Source: Deltaproteobacteria bacterium
Lineage (GTDB): Bacteria; Desulfobacterota; Desulfobulbia; Desulfobulbales; JAJRZW01
Assembly: GCA_024275015.1 (NCBI GenBank)
Contig: JAJRZW010000047.1
Location: 36,328 to 100,327, forward strand
DNA length: 64,000 nt
Direction of reading: 5' to 3'
A program made the translations under genes and the position numbers. The notes under the pieces were generated by a model. The model saw only the letters and a program-made list of their open reading frames with translations, was not told the DNA's origin and ran no database searches. Numbering within the stretch: position 1 is the stretch's first letter; each line of letters starts with the position of its first letter. Shown here one piece after another: positions 1-10,308 of the stretch.

Positions 1-105
1 GAAAAGGCCGACGATATGTTCACCACCCTTATGGGTGACAAGGTTGATCCTCGGCGAGAATTTATCCAAAACCACGCCATGGAAGTCACATATCTTGATG
101 TTTAA
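1..105 (+). CDS. gyrB: DNA gyrase subunit B, 3' end (gene starts upstream of window)
   Basis: Frame-1 translation [34 protein letters not shown] resembles the conserved GyrB C-terminus. It lies directly upstream of gyrA. Confidence 0.85.
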   Translation, partial: EKADDMFTTLMGDKVDPRREFIQNHAMEVTYLDV

Positions 106-120
106 TTTTCTCTTTCATTT

Positions 121-160
121 TAGAAGCGCAATTGCCTTTGGCCCGCAATAAAGTGAAATT
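121..160 (-). repeat. partial REP-C copy in the gyrB-gyrA spacer
   Basis: TAGAAGCGCAATTGCCTTTGGCCCGCAATAAA aligns with 31786-31818 (TAGCAGCGCGATTGCCGTTGGCCCGCAATTTA). Confidence 0.55.
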
Positions 161-193
161 CGCGGCTGAAGCCGTTCCCATAAAGGAAAAAGT

Positions 194-2689
194 ATGAGTG
201 ATACTACTGATATTAAAGATCCGGAAAATATTTCCATTGAGCAGGAGTTGAAAAAATCATATCTCGATTACGCCATGAGCGTAATCGTCGGCCGGGCTCT
301 GCCCGATGTCCGCGATGGCCTGAAACCCGTACATCGCCGCGCCATTTACGCCATGAGGGAGTTGAATAATTACTTCAACCGTCCCTACCTTAAATCGGCC
401 CGTATCGTCGGTGATGTTATTGGTAAATTTCATCCCCATGGCGATACCGCCGCCTACGATACCATCGTCAGGATGGCGCAGGGTTTTTCCCTGCGCTATC
501 CCCTGGTCGACGGCCAGGGCAATTTTGGTTCCATTGACGGTGACTCCCCCGCGGCCATGCGTTATACCGAGGCGCGGATGACCCGTATCGACCAGGAACT
601 CATCGCCGATCTTGACAAGGATACGGTCGATTTCATCCCCACCTATGACAATTCCAGTAAAGAACCGTCGGTATTTCCCACCAGGATACCCAACCTGTTG
701 ATCAATGGTTCCTCGGGAATCGCGGTCGGGATGGCTACAAATATCCCCCCCCATAACATCATCGAAGTCATCAACGGCCTTATCGCCCTGTCCGAAGACC
801 CTAATATCACGGTTAATCAATTAATGGAATATATCACCGGGCCGGATTTTCCCACCGGAGCCTTTATCTGCGGCCGGGCCGGAATCCGCGAGGCCTACGA
901 GACTGGTCGCGGCTCAGTGCTGATGCGTTCCCGCCTTGAGGTGGAAAAAATTCCCAATTCCCACCGCGAGGCGATAGTGGTCACTGAAATTCCTTTTCAG
1001 CAGAACAAGACCACCCTGATCGAAAAGATCGCGATGATGATCAAGGAAAAAAGGATCGAAGGAATATCGGTTATCCGCGACGAGTCCGACCGCCGGGGGA
1101 TGCGGATTGTCATGGAGCTGAAAAAAGACGAGATCGCCGACGTGATCATCAATCAGCTCTACAAAATGACTCCGCTGCAACGCGGTTTCGGGATCATTTT
1201 CCTCGCCATAGTTAATGGCCGACCCGAGGTTCTTAACTTAAAGGAGATCCTCGAACACTTTATTCTCCATCGTAAGACCGTGGTTTACCGCCGCACTGTT
1301 TATGAACTGCGCAAGGCCGAGGAACGGGCCCATATCCTCGAAGGTCTGAAGATAGCAATTCAGAATCTTGACGAAGTGGTGGAACTGATTAAAAAATCCG
1401 CCAACCCCAACGAGGCCCGGGGGGCGTTAATGGAGCATTTTGGTCTGAGCGAGATCCAGGCCCAGGCAATTCTTGAGATGAAACTCCAGCGTTTAACCGG
1501 ACTTGAGCGCGACAAAATTATCGCCGAGTTTGAGGAACTGGCAAAAAAAATAGCCTGGTATAACCAGATTTTAAGTGACGAGGCCGTGGTGTTGAAAATC
1601 ATCCGCGAAGAGTTCGAGGAAATCCGTGAAACCTATGGTGATGAGCGTCGCACCGAGATCATCGAGGCCCCGGACGAGATCCTTCCTGAAGACATGATCG
1701 CCCAGGAGGACATGGTAGTCACCATCAGTCATCAGGGTTATATCAAGCGCAGCCCGGTTGATATTTACCGTTCCCAGCGCCGCGGTGGTAAGGGAGTCAA
1801 GGGTATGGGAACCATTGAGGAGGATTTTGTTGAAAATCTCTACCTTGCCTCAACCCATGATACCTTTCTTTTCTTCACCAACCTGGGCAAGGTGTTCTGG
1901 CGCAAGGTTTATGAGATTCCCCAAGCCAGCCGTATCGCCAGAGGCAAGGCCCTGGTCAACCTTCTGCAACTCACCAGTGATGAAAAGGTTGCCGCTATCC
2001 TCCCGATTGAATCCTTTGAATTAGATGAAAGCGAGAAGGCATATGTTTTTATGGTCACCAGAAACGGAGTGGTTAAAAAGACCGTTCTTTCTGAATTTAA
2101 CCGACCAATGAAGCGTGGTAAAATAGCCCTCAGAATCAGGGAAAATGACGAAATTCTCGCCGCGGTCCGTACTAATGGTAAAAACGACATTATGCTCTTT
2201 TCCCGTGACGGTCAGTCGGTGCGTTTTAACGAGAATGATGTCCGCTCCATGGGTCGGGTGGCAAGCGGGGTAAGGGGGATGATGTTGGCCCCTGGTGATC
2301 AGGTGCAGGCGGTGGAAGTGGTGGAAGATGACGATATATCCATTCTTACCGTCACCGAAAACGGTTACGGCAAGCGCACCGCGGTGGGCGAGTATCCCGT
2401 CCGTCACCGTGGCGGCAAAGGGGTATTTTCAATCAAGACCTCTGACCGCAACGGCAAGGTGGTCGGGGCTCTGCGGGTGGTTGATGAAGACCAGATCATG
2501 ATGGTCACCGATGGCGGCAAGATCATCCGTATGGGTCTTGAAAATGTCCGGGTAATCGGCCGTAACACCCAGGGGGTAAGGCTGATAAACCTCTCAGATG
2601 ATGAAAAGGTGGTTGATCTCGCCCGCCTGGCTGAAACAGACGATACTGACGACGACATGGAAGAGGTTGAAGATACCGGGGAGGAATAA
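194..2689 (+). CDS. gyrA: DNA gyrase subunit A
   Basis: 831-aa ORF with N-terminal YAMSVIVGRALPDVRDGLKPVHRR, the active-site region AAMRYTEARM, C-terminal repeat region and an acidic tail. Confidence 0.97.
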   Translation: MSDTTDIKDPENISIEQELKKSYLDYAMSVIVGRALPDVRDGLKPVHRRAIYAMRELNNYFNRPYLKSARIVGDVIGKFHPHGDTAAYDTIVRMAQGFSLRYPLVDGQGNFGSIDGDSPAAMRYTEARMTRIDQELIADLDKDTVDFIPTYDNSSKEPSVFPTRIPNLLINGSSGIAVGMATNIPPHNIIEVINGLIALSEDPNITVNQLMEYITGPDFPTGAFICGRAGIREAYETGRGSVLMRSRLEVEKIPNSHREAIVVTEIPFQQNKTTLIEKIAMMIKEKRIEGISVIRDESDRRGMRIVMELKKDEIADVIINQLYKMTPLQRGFGIIFLAIVNGRPEVLNLKEILEHFILHRKTVVYRRTVYELRKAEERAHILEGLKIAIQNLDEVVELIKKSANPNEARGALMEHFGLSEIQAQAILEMKLQRLTGLERDKIIAEFEELAKKIAWYNQILSDEAVVLKIIREEFEEIRETYGDERRTEIIEAPDEILPEDMIAQEDMVVTISHQGYIKRSPVDIYRSQRRGGKGVKGMGTIEEDFVENLYLASTHDTFLFFTNLGKVFWRKVYEIPQASRIARGKALVNLLQLTSDEKVAAILPIESFELDESEKAYVFMVTRNGVVKKTVLSEFNRPMKRGKIALRIRENDEILAAVRTNGKNDIMLFSRDGQSVRFNENDVRSMGRVASGVRGMMLAPGDQVQAVEVVEDDDISILTVTENGYGKRTAVGEYPVRHRGGKGVFSIKTSDRNGKVVGALRVVDEDQIMMVTDGGKIIRMGLENVRVIGRNTQGVRLINLSDDEKVVDLARLAETDDTDDDMEEVEDTGEE

Positions 2690-3723
2690 TGACCTCCATC
2701 CACGAAAAAGTTGCGGTAATCGGTGCCGGAAGCTGGGGTACGGCCCTGGCCCTGTTGTTAGCCGGCAAGGGACACCATGTCTTTCTCTGGTCGCATCGGC
2801 GCGAACACCGGCAGGCGATGACGCGGGAGCGGGAAAACAGTAAATACCTCAACGGCTACCCTTTTCCGGAAAATATCACCATTGCCGATGATACCGCAAT
2901 GGTCGCTGATACCCCGCTGGTGGTAATGGCAGTTCCCTCCCATGGTTTCCGCGAGGTGTTTTCTGATCTGTCCCCCCACCTTGCTCCAGGTTCCCATATC
3001 ATTTCCGCCGCCAAGGAGATTGAAAACTCGACCTTGCTGACCATGACCGGGGTAATGAACCAGGTTTTGGACACGGCCGGGATTAGCGGGACGGTTCATC
3101 CCGGAGTTCTGGCCGGGCCAAGTTTTGCCCGCGAGGTGGTTGCCGGTGTCCCCACCGCGGTCACGGTTGCCTTCAAGAATAAAAATGCCGCGATCTGGGT
3201 CCAGGATCGGCTTTATACCGACTGCTTCCGGGTTTACGCTGCCACCGATGTTATTGGTCAGGAAATTGCCGGAGCGTTGAAGAACATCATCGCCATTGCC
3301 GCCGGTATCGCCGATGGCCTCGGTTTCGGCGCAAATACCAGGGCCGCCCTGATTACCCGGGGTCTGGCCGAGATCGTTCGCCTGGGGGTGAAGATGGGCG
3401 CCAATCCCCTGACCTTCTCCGGCCTTGCCGGCATGGGGGACCTGCTCCTCACCTGTACCGGCGATTTGTCAAGAAACCGTAACGTTGGGCTCGAACTGGG
3501 CCGGGGGCGTAAGATAAAAGAAATTCTCGCCGATATGGACATGGTCGCTGAAGGGGTCAGGACCACCCGTTCGGCCCATGACCTCGCCGCCGGGTCCGGG
3601 GTGGAGATGCCCATCATTGAACAGGTTTTTCAGGTGATTTATCATGATAAACCATGTGGGGACGCGGTAAGGGAACTGTTGACCCGGGAGCAGAAGATCG
3701 AGATTGATCTTTCCCTGCCATGA
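2689..3723 (+). CDS. gpsA: NAD(P)H-dependent glycerol-3-phosphate dehydrogenase
   Basis: 344 aa with Rossmann motif IGAGSWGTALA and GpsA-like sequence throughout. The ATG overlaps the gyrA stop (TAATG). Confidence 0.93.
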   Translation: MTSIHEKVAVIGAGSWGTALALLLAGKGHHVFLWSHRREHRQAMTRERENSKYLNGYPFPENITIADDTAMVADTPLVVMAVPSHGFREVFSDLSPHLAPGSHIISAAKEIENSTLLTMTGVMNQVLDTAGISGTVHPGVLAGPSFAREVVAGVPTAVTVAFKNKNAAIWVQDRLYTDCFRVYAATDVIGQEIAGALKNIIAIAAGIADGLGFGANTRAALITRGLAEIVRLGVKMGANPLTFSGLAGMGDLLLTCTGDLSRNRNVGLELGRGRKIKEILADMDMVAEGVRTTRSAHDLAAGSGVEMPIIEQVFQVIYHDKPCGDAVRELLTREQKIEIDLSLP

Positions 3724-3761
3724 AATCCGTCTGATTTAATCTCTTTGCCGGGAGGAAAAAC

Positions 3762-4268
3762 ATGGCCAGAAAACTTACCTTTTCCCGTTCCTTCCTCCTC
3801 GTCTTTCCCCTGGTTTTTATTGCCCTTTACGCCATCGGTCTCTCCCCGGGTAAAGTGGTTTATTACTCCCTTCTGGTCTCCTTTATGCTCGGCTGGATAA
3901 TTCGCGTTCTTACCCGTACCTCCGGCCGTTGTCTTGAGAGTTCCCTTTATAAACAGGAACAGATAGATTTAGCCGATGAAAAAAGGTTTGCCCCGAAACT
4001 GAAAGAGGCGGAAAAACTGAAAAAACGGGGTGAATATGGTGAAGCTGAAAAGATAATTAATAATATCATCGCCTTAAGACCGAGATATGTACCAGGCCTG
4101 TGGTTCAAGGTTCAAATTCTTAACGCCGCCGGCGGTGATGATGCCGAGATCCGTCGCTACCTCCGTCTGGTGATGGAAAATACCCCGGTGGAAGACCGAA
4201 TTTTCAAACAGGCCTCGGATATGCATGAAAAATTAATAAAGCGGGAACCTGATTCGGGTAATGCGTAA
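3762..4268 (+). CDS. hypothetical membrane protein with helical/TPR-like C-terminal half
   Basis: 168 aa with two hydrophobic N-terminal segments and a charged helical C-terminus. No family recognised. Confidence 0.5.
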   Translation: MARKLTFSRSFLLVFPLVFIALYAIGLSPGKVVYYSLLVSFMLGWIIRVLTRTSGRCLESSLYKQEQIDLADEKRFAPKLKEAEKLKKRGEYGEAEKIINNIIALRPRYVPGLWFKVQILNAAGGDDAEIRRYLRLVMENTPVEDRIFKQASDMHEKLIKREPDSGNA

Positions 4269-4947
4269 TCTTAAAGATATATTCGAGCGCAACCGACAAT
4301 GGGCCGGGGAGATTAACCGCGATCAGCCGGATTTTTTCAACCGCCTGGCGGAAAAACAGAAACCCGCGTACCTGTGGATCGGTTGTTCCGACAGCCGGGT
4401 TCCGGCGACCACACTCTGTGGTTTTGATCCCGGTGATGTCTTTGTCCATCGTAATGTCGCCAATATCGTCGCCCATACCGATTTCAACTGTCTTTCCGTT
4501 ATTCAGTACGCGGTTGAGGTTCTGGAGGTGAAACATATAATCGTCTGTGGTCATTATGGCTGCGGCGGGGTCAAGGCGGCAATGGACAACCTTGAACTGG
4601 GGTTGATCGACAACTGGCTGCGCAATATTCAGGACATCATCAACCAGTATCGCGTCCGGCTTGACAGCGTTGTTGACCCTATACGTCGTTTTGAGGCTCT
4701 CTGTGAGCTCAATGTCCTGGTACAGGTTTTAAATGTTTCAAGGACCACGGTGGTCGGCCGGGCATGGACCAATGGCGGTGAACTTTCCGTCCATGGATGG
4801 ATTTACGGTATTGATGACGGTTGTCTGGTTGATCTGGATATATGCGTAACCGGTATCGGGGAGCTGGAGCAGGTGGAGAATATTTCATTAAAGGGGATAT
4901 TTTCCCGCACCAGGATACGAAAAAAACCGCAGGAGAAGATGTGTTAA
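4261..4947 (+). CDS. can: beta-class carbonic anhydrase
   Basis: 228 aa with beta-CA zinc-site motifs CSDSRV and GHYGCGG. Confidence 0.9.
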   Translation: MRNLKDIFERNRQWAGEINRDQPDFFNRLAEKQKPAYLWIGCSDSRVPATTLCGFDPGDVFVHRNVANIVAHTDFNCLSVIQYAVEVLEVKHIIVCGHYGCGGVKAAMDNLELGLIDNWLRNIQDIINQYRVRLDSVVDPIRRFEALCELNVLVQVLNVSRTTVVGRAWTNGGELSVHGWIYGIDDGCLVDLDICVTGIGELEQVENISLKGIFSRTRIRKKPQEKMC

Positions 4948-5999
4948 TCGATCAGATAGGCAATTATATTGAGATACTGCAATCAAGTGTCTGGCTTGAA
5001 CGGCTGATGGTAATTGTCGCCTACGGGTTTTTAGCCAAAATTTGCGACCTCTTCGTCACCCGGGTACTTACCCGTCTGACCGCAAAAACAAAGATGTTGG
5101 CGGATGACCGTATGGTTGAATCTTTTCACTCCCCGGTCATCTGGACGGTGTTCGCCATCGGCATCCTCCACGCCCTCACCCTGCCGCCGTCCCTGTCCCC
5201 ACCCTGGCATACGGTCTTGCCGTCGATGGTGAAGACGATGGTGATCGGGGCCTGGGGGCTTGCTGTTTTCCGTCTCTTTAACCGTATTGCCGACCAGAAT
5301 ATGGTGGAGGTGATTTCAAGGGGCAAGATCGGTCATGACCTTTATAACCTGTTCTATAACCTCTCCCGGGTGGTTTTGCTTGTCGCCATCCTCCTGTGGG
5401 TTCTGGCGATATGGCAGGTCAATCTTACCCCGATGTTCGCTTCCGCCGGCATCGTCGGTATCGCCATCGCCCTCGCGGCCAAGGATACCCTGGCAAATTT
5501 TTTTGGTGGTATCAGTATATTCGCCGACCGCATCTATAAAGTAGGTGACTATATTATCGTTGACAACTCCGACCGCGGCGAGGTGGTGGATATCGGTATC
5601 CGTTCCACCCGGATCAAGACCCGCGACGACGTCCTGATTACCATCCCCAATTCCATTTTAGCCGGGGCCAAGATCATCAACGAAAGCGCGCCGCAACCAA
5701 GGTTCAGGATCAGGGTGCCGGTTGGGGTATCCTATGACAGTGATCTTGATCTGGTTGAAAAAACCATGCTTGAAGTTGCCGCCGCCAACCCCGGGGTGGT
5801 AAAGGACCCGGCTCCAAGGGTAAGGATGCGGGCCTTTGCTGATTCGGCAATAAACTTTCAACTCCTCTGCTGGCTCGAAGACCCGAGCCTGAAAGGCCGG
5901 GAGACCCACAATATCCTCAAGGCAATTTTCAAGGCCTTCAGGGAAAAAGAGATAACCATTCCGTACCCTCAACGCCAAATCCACATAACAGACCATTAA
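4941..5999 (+). CDS. mechanosensitive ion channel (MscS family)
   Basis: TM helices followed by an MscS beta-domain-like region (GGISIFADRIYKVGDYI ... GEVVDIGIRSTRIKTRDD ... IPNS). GTG at 4941 is preceded by AGGAGA. The ORF-track start at 4842 would overlap can by 106 nt. Confidence 0.85.
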   Translation: MLIDQIGNYIEILQSSVWLERLMVIVAYGFLAKICDLFVTRVLTRLTAKTKMLADDRMVESFHSPVIWTVFAIGILHALTLPPSLSPPWHTVLPSMVKTMVIGAWGLAVFRLFNRIADQNMVEVISRGKIGHDLYNLFYNLSRVVLLVAILLWVLAIWQVNLTPMFASAGIVGIAIALAAKDTLANFFGGISIFADRIYKVGDYIIVDNSDRGEVVDIGIRSTRIKTRDDVLITIPNSILAGAKIINESAPQPRFRIRVPVGVSYDSDLDLVEKTMLEVAAANPGVVKDPAPRVRMRAFADSAINFQLLCWLEDPSLKGRETHNILKAIFKAFREKEITIPYPQRQIHITDH

Positions 6000-6046
6000 A
6001 AAAGCCGTTCATGCGCCGCGCGCAGCCCGTTTTTATCCTGATCGTT

Positions 6047-7837
6047 CTACCCCTGCTCTTTCCAGTCGGGTTTGAGCGACAGCTCGGTCAGTTGGCGACG
6101 GGATACCTTTGATGGGGCCTCGGTCATCGGGCATGAGGCCTTCTGGGTCTTGGGAAAGGCGATGACATCACGGATGGAGTCACGGCCGGACAGCAACATC
6201 ATCAGGCGATCAAGGCCAAAGGCCATGCCGCCGTGGGGCGGGGCTCCTGATTCAAGGGCTTCAAGAAGGAAGGAGAATTTATCACCGGCCTCGTCGTCAT
6301 CAATCCCGAGGGCGCGGAACACCTTGTCCTGCAGGGGTTTCTGGTGGATACGAATGGATCCGCCGCCGATCTCGATACCATTCAGGACCAGGTCGTAGGC
6401 CCGGCTCAACGCCTGTCCGGGGTCGCTTTCGAGAAGGTCGATATCTTCTTCCCTGGGGGCGGTGAAAGGGTGGTGGACGGCGGTGTGGCGTTTCTGCTCG
6501 TGGTCGTACTCGAGCAGGGGAAAATCGGTGACCCAGACGAGGTCAAAGTCGTCTTTGCTGGTCAGGTCAAGGCGCCGGGCCAATTCAAGGCGCAATTCGG
6601 CAAGGGCGGCGTGGACCACCTGGGGGCGGTCGGCGACAAAGAAGAGGAGGTCGCCCGGGTTGGCATCCAGTTTGGCGGCCATCGCCTTGCGCTCTTCATC
6701 GGTAAAGAACTTGGTGATTGGCGACTGCCACTCGCCGTCTTCCTTTACCTTGACCCAAGCCAGACCCCTGGCACCGAAATCGGCGACGTATTCGGTGAGG
6801 ACATCAAGATCTTTTCTTGAAAACGTGGCGCAACCCCTGGCGTTGATACTCTTGACCATTCCGCCTTTTTTCACCACGGTACGGAATACCTTGAAACCGC
6901 AATTCTCCACCGTGGCGGTGAGGTCGGTCAGCTCAAGGCCGAAACGGGTATCGGGACGGTCGGTGCCGTAACGGTTTATCGCCTCGGCATAGGTTATCCG
7001 CGGGAACGGGGTTTTTATTTCCCGTCCCATGGTCTCGGAAAAAAGCGCCTTCATCATTCCTTCGCCAATTTCATACATGTCCTCTTCGTTGACAAAGGAG
7101 AGTTCCATGTCAATCTGGGTGAACTCGGGCTGGCGGTCAGCGCGGAGGTCCTCGTCGCGGAAACACCTGACGATCTGATAATAGCGGTCCATACCCGCGA
7201 TCATCAATAGCTGCTTGAACAGCTGCGGCGACTGAGGCAGGGCGTAGAAGCGGCCGGGATTTACCCGGCTCGGAACCAGGTAGTCCCGCGCTCCTTCCGG
7301 GGTGGAGCGGGTGAGAACCGGGGTCTCGATCTCGAGGAAATCTTTTGCGTGCAGGAACGATCGCATTGCCTGGCAGGCCTTGTGGCGGATGACCAGGTTT
7401 TTTGTCATTTCAGGTCGTCTTAGATCCATATAACGGTATTTAAGCCGCAGGTTTTCATTGACCTCCACCTCCTCGTCCAGGGGGAAAGGGGGAGTGCGGC
7501 TCTGGTTTAAGATCCGCAGTTCATCGACCATTACCTCTATCTCACCGGTGGACATTTTTGTGTTAGTCATACCTTCGGGGCGGACCGCGACCGTGCCCCG
7601 CACCGCCAGGACCCACTCGCTTCGCAGGCCGTGGGCCTTGGCATGGACCTCGGGATTGGTTTCGGGGTTGAATACAACCTGGGTCAGTCCGTAACGGTCG
7701 CGGAGGTCGATGAAGATTACCCCGCCGTGATCCCGCCGTCTTAAAACCCAGCCCATGAGAATTACTTCCCGGCCCTCGTCGGCCTTTGTCAGCTGGTTCA
7801 GATAATGTGTCCGTTTCAGATCTCCCATGGATTCCAT
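6047..7837 (-). CDS. aspS: aspartyl-tRNA synthetase
   Basis: 596 aa class IIb aaRS with [18 protein letters not shown] (motif 2 region) and GGMAFGLDR (motif 3 region). Confidence 0.97.
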   Translation of the reverse strand: MESMGDLKRTHYLNQLTKADEGREVILMGWVLRRRDHGGVIFIDLRDRYGLTQVVFNPETNPEVHAKAHGLRSEWVLAVRGTVAVRPEGMTNTKMSTGEIEVMVDELRILNQSRTPPFPLDEEVEVNENLRLKYRYMDLRRPEMTKNLVIRHKACQAMRSFLHAKDFLEIETPVLTRSTPEGARDYLVPSRVNPGRFYALPQSPQLFKQLLMIAGMDRYYQIVRCFRDEDLRADRQPEFTQIDMELSFVNEEDMYEIGEGMMKALFSETMGREIKTPFPRITYAEAINRYGTDRPDTRFGLELTDLTATVENCGFKVFRTVVKKGGMVKSINARGCATFSRKDLDVLTEYVADFGARGLAWVKVKEDGEWQSPITKFFTDEERKAMAAKLDANPGDLLFFVADRPQVVHAALAELRLELARRLDLTSKDDFDLVWVTDFPLLEYDHEQKRHTAVHHPFTAPREEDIDLLESDPGQALSRAYDLVLNGIEIGGGSIRIHQKPLQDKVFRALGIDDDEAGDKFSFLLEALESGAPPHGGMAFGLDRLMMLLSGRDSIRDVIAFPKTQKASCPMTEAPSKVSRRQLTELSLKPDWKEQG

Positions 7838-7842
7838 GGTTT

Positions 7843-9126
7843 TTATGCTCCCGGTTGAATTTCCGCGGCCAGGGCCGTGGCAATGGTGTTTATATCATTA
7901 TCGTCTATGGCCGCCGGCCGCTGTTCGCCACTTGCCATGTTGCGCAGGACTGCCTGGCCGGTGGCGAGTTCGTCGTCGCCGATGATCAGGGTATGACCGG
8001 CTTTGGCTTTGCCCGCCTGTTTCATCTGGCTTTTCAGTCCGCCGTTGTCCATGTCCATGGCGCAGCTTATGCCGATACCGCGGAGGGCGTGAATCAGACG
8101 GAAGGCGTAATTTCCGGCCGCGGCCCCGAGTCCGGCGATGAAGAGGTCGATTCCCGGCGTCTGTCCCGGTTCATTGGCCGCGAGCAGAAGAACCAGACGC
8201 TCCATGCCGATGGCAAAACCGATGCCCGGGGTGTTTTTCGCCCCGCCGAGGCTCTCGATCAGGCCGTCGTAACGCCCCCCGGCCCCCACCGCGCTCTGGG
8301 CTCCCAATTGATCGGTGACCAGCTCAAAGGTGGTGCGGCGGTAATAATCAAGGCCACGGACCATGAAGCGGTTTTTGCGGTAAGGCACTGCCATGGCGTC
8401 AAGACCGGCCCGTACCGCGGCAAAATGGTCGCCGCAGGGGAGGCAGAGAAAATCGGTGATTGCCGGGCTTTCCTCGACCTCGGCCCGGCATTTTTTATTT
8501 TTGCAGTCGAGTACCCGGAGGGGATTTTTATCAAGACGACGGCGACAGTCGTCGCAGAGGTTGTCGCGGCGGCTTTCAAGAAAATCCACCAAGGCCTTAT
8601 TATAGGCCGGGCGGCAGTCGGGACAGCCGAGGGAGTTGATTTCAAGGGCGGCGGATACCCCGAGCCGGGCAAGAATCATGTGGGCCATGGCCATGAGTTC
8701 GGCGTCAACCAGCGGCCCGGCCGCGCCGATAACCTCGACGCTCATCTGGTGAAATTGCCGCAGCCGCCCCTTCTGGGGCCGTTCATGACGGAACATCGGG
8801 CCGATGGTATAGAGCCGCGCCACCTTGCTCTTCAGATGCAGGGCGTGTTCCACATAGGCGCGCAGCACCGGGGCGGTACCCTCGGGGCGCATGGTCAGTG
8901 AATCGCCGTTTTTGTCGTTGAAGGTGTACATCTCCTTTTCAACGATATCGGTGTCCGCGCCGATGGAGCGGACAAAAAGCGCGGTCGGCTCAAGCACCGG
9001 CACCCTGATCTCGAAAAAGGCGAAGCGGCGGAAGATGTCGCGGGCAACATCTTCGACCCGCTGCCAGAGGTGAATCTCGTTGGGAAGTATGTCTTTAAAG
9101 CCTTTCAGGGCCTTTGTCTGCGCCAT
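7843..9126 (-). CDS. hisS: histidyl-tRNA synthetase
   Basis: ATG at 9126 ([15 protein letters not shown]) is preceded by GGAGG. HisRS-like [17 protein letters not shown] and GGRYD are present. The 69 extra N-terminal codons in the ORF track translate a repeat element. Confidence 0.95.
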   Translation of the reverse strand: MAQTKALKGFKDILPNEIHLWQRVEDVARDIFRRFAFFEIRVPVLEPTALFVRSIGADTDIVEKEMYTFNDKNGDSLTMRPEGTAPVLRAYVEHALHLKSKVARLYTIGPMFRHERPQKGRLRQFHQMSVEVIGAAGPLVDAELMAMAHMILARLGVSAALEINSLGCPDCRPAYNKALVDFLESRRDNLCDDCRRRLDKNPLRVLDCKNKKCRAEVEESPAITDFLCLPCGDHFAAVRAGLDAMAVPYRKNRFMVRGLDYYRRTTFELVTDQLGAQSAVGAGGRYDGLIESLGGAKNTPGIGFAIGMERLVLLLAANEPGQTPGIDLFIAGLGAAAGNYAFRLIHALRGIGISCAMDMDNGGLKSQMKQAGKAKAGHTLIIGDDELATGQAVLRNMASGEQRPAAIDDNDINTIATALAAEIQPGA

Positions 9127-9247
9127 CTGTCCTCCGGAATTGAAAAAAGCAGGACCCGGCTGATTGTGCCGGGCCAAGTATTTAAAAAAGGGTGGAAAAT
9201 TAGCGCAAGCGGACGGGAAAGTCAAGGAAGAGAGGGTAGAAGCCGCT

Positions 9248-9303
9248 AAAATCGGCGGCGCGTCCATGCACCGCAACCAGCCTGTTTTGCAATGGACTGT
9301 TAT
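9248..9303 (+). repeat. hairpin-cluster element (HCE), 3' module only
   Basis: AAAATCGGCGGCGCGTCCATGCACCGCAACCAGCCTGTTTTGCAATGGACTGTTAT aligns with the 3' third of the other HCE copies. Confidence 0.65.
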
Positions 9304-9316
9304 AGGAAAAATTATC

Positions 9317-9727
9317 CTATCCGCCAAGACCATTAAAATTATAATGTTCTATTTTCAGGCAGCGGTCCATAACGACTTTAAGCCCGGCGGCAAGCGCCCT
9401 TGCCGCCGCCTCTTCATTGACGATACCCTCCTGCATCCACACCACCTTTGCCCCGCGGGTGATAGCCTCGTCCACCACCGGTCCCACCAGTTCGGCGCGG
9501 CGGAATATATCGATGATCTCAAGCGGAGGCGGCACGCTTTTCAGGTCAGGATAGCAGCGGCACCCGAGGATTTTGTTCTGTCCCGGGTTTACCGGAAAGA
9601 CCTCGAACCCGGAATCAAGCAGATAGGATGTTACCTGGTTACTGGGACGGTTCGCCCTGGGAGAGGCCCCGACCACAGCGACCCGACGGTATTTTTTTAT
9701 GATATCGGCTATTTCAGAAGAGTTCAT
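9317..9727 (-). CDS. CoA-binding domain protein (YccU-like)
   Basis: 136 aa with the pattern RVAVVGASPRANRPS ... VFPVNP ... typical of small CoA-binding proteins. Confidence 0.85.
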   Translation of the reverse strand: MNSSEIADIIKKYRRVAVVGASPRANRPSNQVTSYLLDSGFEVFPVNPGQNKILGCRCYPDLKSVPPPLEIIDIFRRAELVGPVVDEAITRGAKVVWMQEGIVNEEAAARALAAGLKVVMDRCLKIEHYNFNGLGG

Positions 9728-9852
9728 CTTTGGTAGTGTAACACTGCTGTCTCATAAAATTGTAAGTAAAATCATATAAATAAAGGCCCGGAGATCTTCC
9801 TGTATTATACTGTTTTTACGAAAAAACGCATAACAACAAGGAGATCCGAACC

Positions 9853-10035
9853 ATGGCATACCATACCACAATCCTGAGGAAAATTATTGATACTTTTCCT
9901 CGACATGAATTTGAATATCTCGCCAAAAATCATCACAGGGGCCAGAGATTTCGTTCCTTCGACCGCTGGAGTCAGTTCATGGCCATGTTCATCGGCCAAT
10001 TATCACCCCGCTTGAGCAAGAAGGGCTGTCGGTAA
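9853..10035 (+). mobile_element. truncated IS4-family-like transposase N-terminal fragment (DUF4372-like)
   Basis: 60-aa ORF MAYHTTILRKIIDTFPRHEFEYLAKNHHRGQRFRSFDRWSQFMAMFIGQLS... resembles the N-terminus of IS4-type transposases. There is no DDE domain downstream. The surrounding sequence is AT-rich. Confidence 0.55.
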
Positions 10036-10106
10036 TTCGCCCATGGTTCTACATGGTCGTAATCCCTTCTTAGTTCAGGTCAATGCCTTCGCCGTAGCTG
10101 TTTTTT

Positions 10107-10205
10107 AACGATGATTCAGGTGGCTGCTTACTGTTTTTCGCAGACCTTTGGGGCGGATCGTATGTTTTTGGGTATTTCTGCATTTTACCTGAATCCGTGA
10201 GCGTT
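10107..10205. repeat. two MITE-D-type termini in back-to-back orientation next to the IS fragment
   Basis: AACGATGATTCAGG (10107-10120, right-end orientation) and CCTGAATCCGTGAGCGTT (10188-10205, left-end orientation). Confidence 0.5.
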
Positions 10206-10308
10206 TGAGCGAGGAAAGATTCGGACTTTCTTCACATGATTGACAGGTAAACATATCGCAGCTACCTCGGAAACCGCAAGGAAATGCGGTTCCCGAGGCC
10301 AATGTTTT

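Noticed and set aside
4842-4940. Upstream ATG start for the MscS gene overlapping the carbonic anhydrase gene by 106 nt
   Set aside because: GTG at 4941 has a good AGGAGA RBS and removes the overlap. The extra 33 residues are not MscS-like.
5203-5220. Sigma-54-type promoter candidates (for example TGGCATACGGTCTTGC at ~5204, and TGGCAC strings near 37885 and 45603) as targets of the sigma-54 activator
   Set aside because: The GG-to-GC spacing is off by one or the -12 TTGC element is missing, and all lie inside coding sequences. No convincing -24/-12 promoter was seen in any intergenic region by eye.
5999-6047. Bidirectional terminator between the convergent MscS and aspS genes
   Set aside because: Only a 5-bp stem (TGCGC-CGC-GCGCA) next to a T-run could be drawn, which is too weak to report as a feature.
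7786-8901. 371-aa + strand ORF. Similar long ORFs occur at 10240..11172, 14262..15101, 50682..51986, 51694..52617 and 56840..57859.
   Set aside because: All lie opposite genes with clear family signatures (hisS, OMP, nitroreductase, trxA/DUF309, EamA, SDR). All have low-complexity, Arg/Gly/Pro-rich translations.
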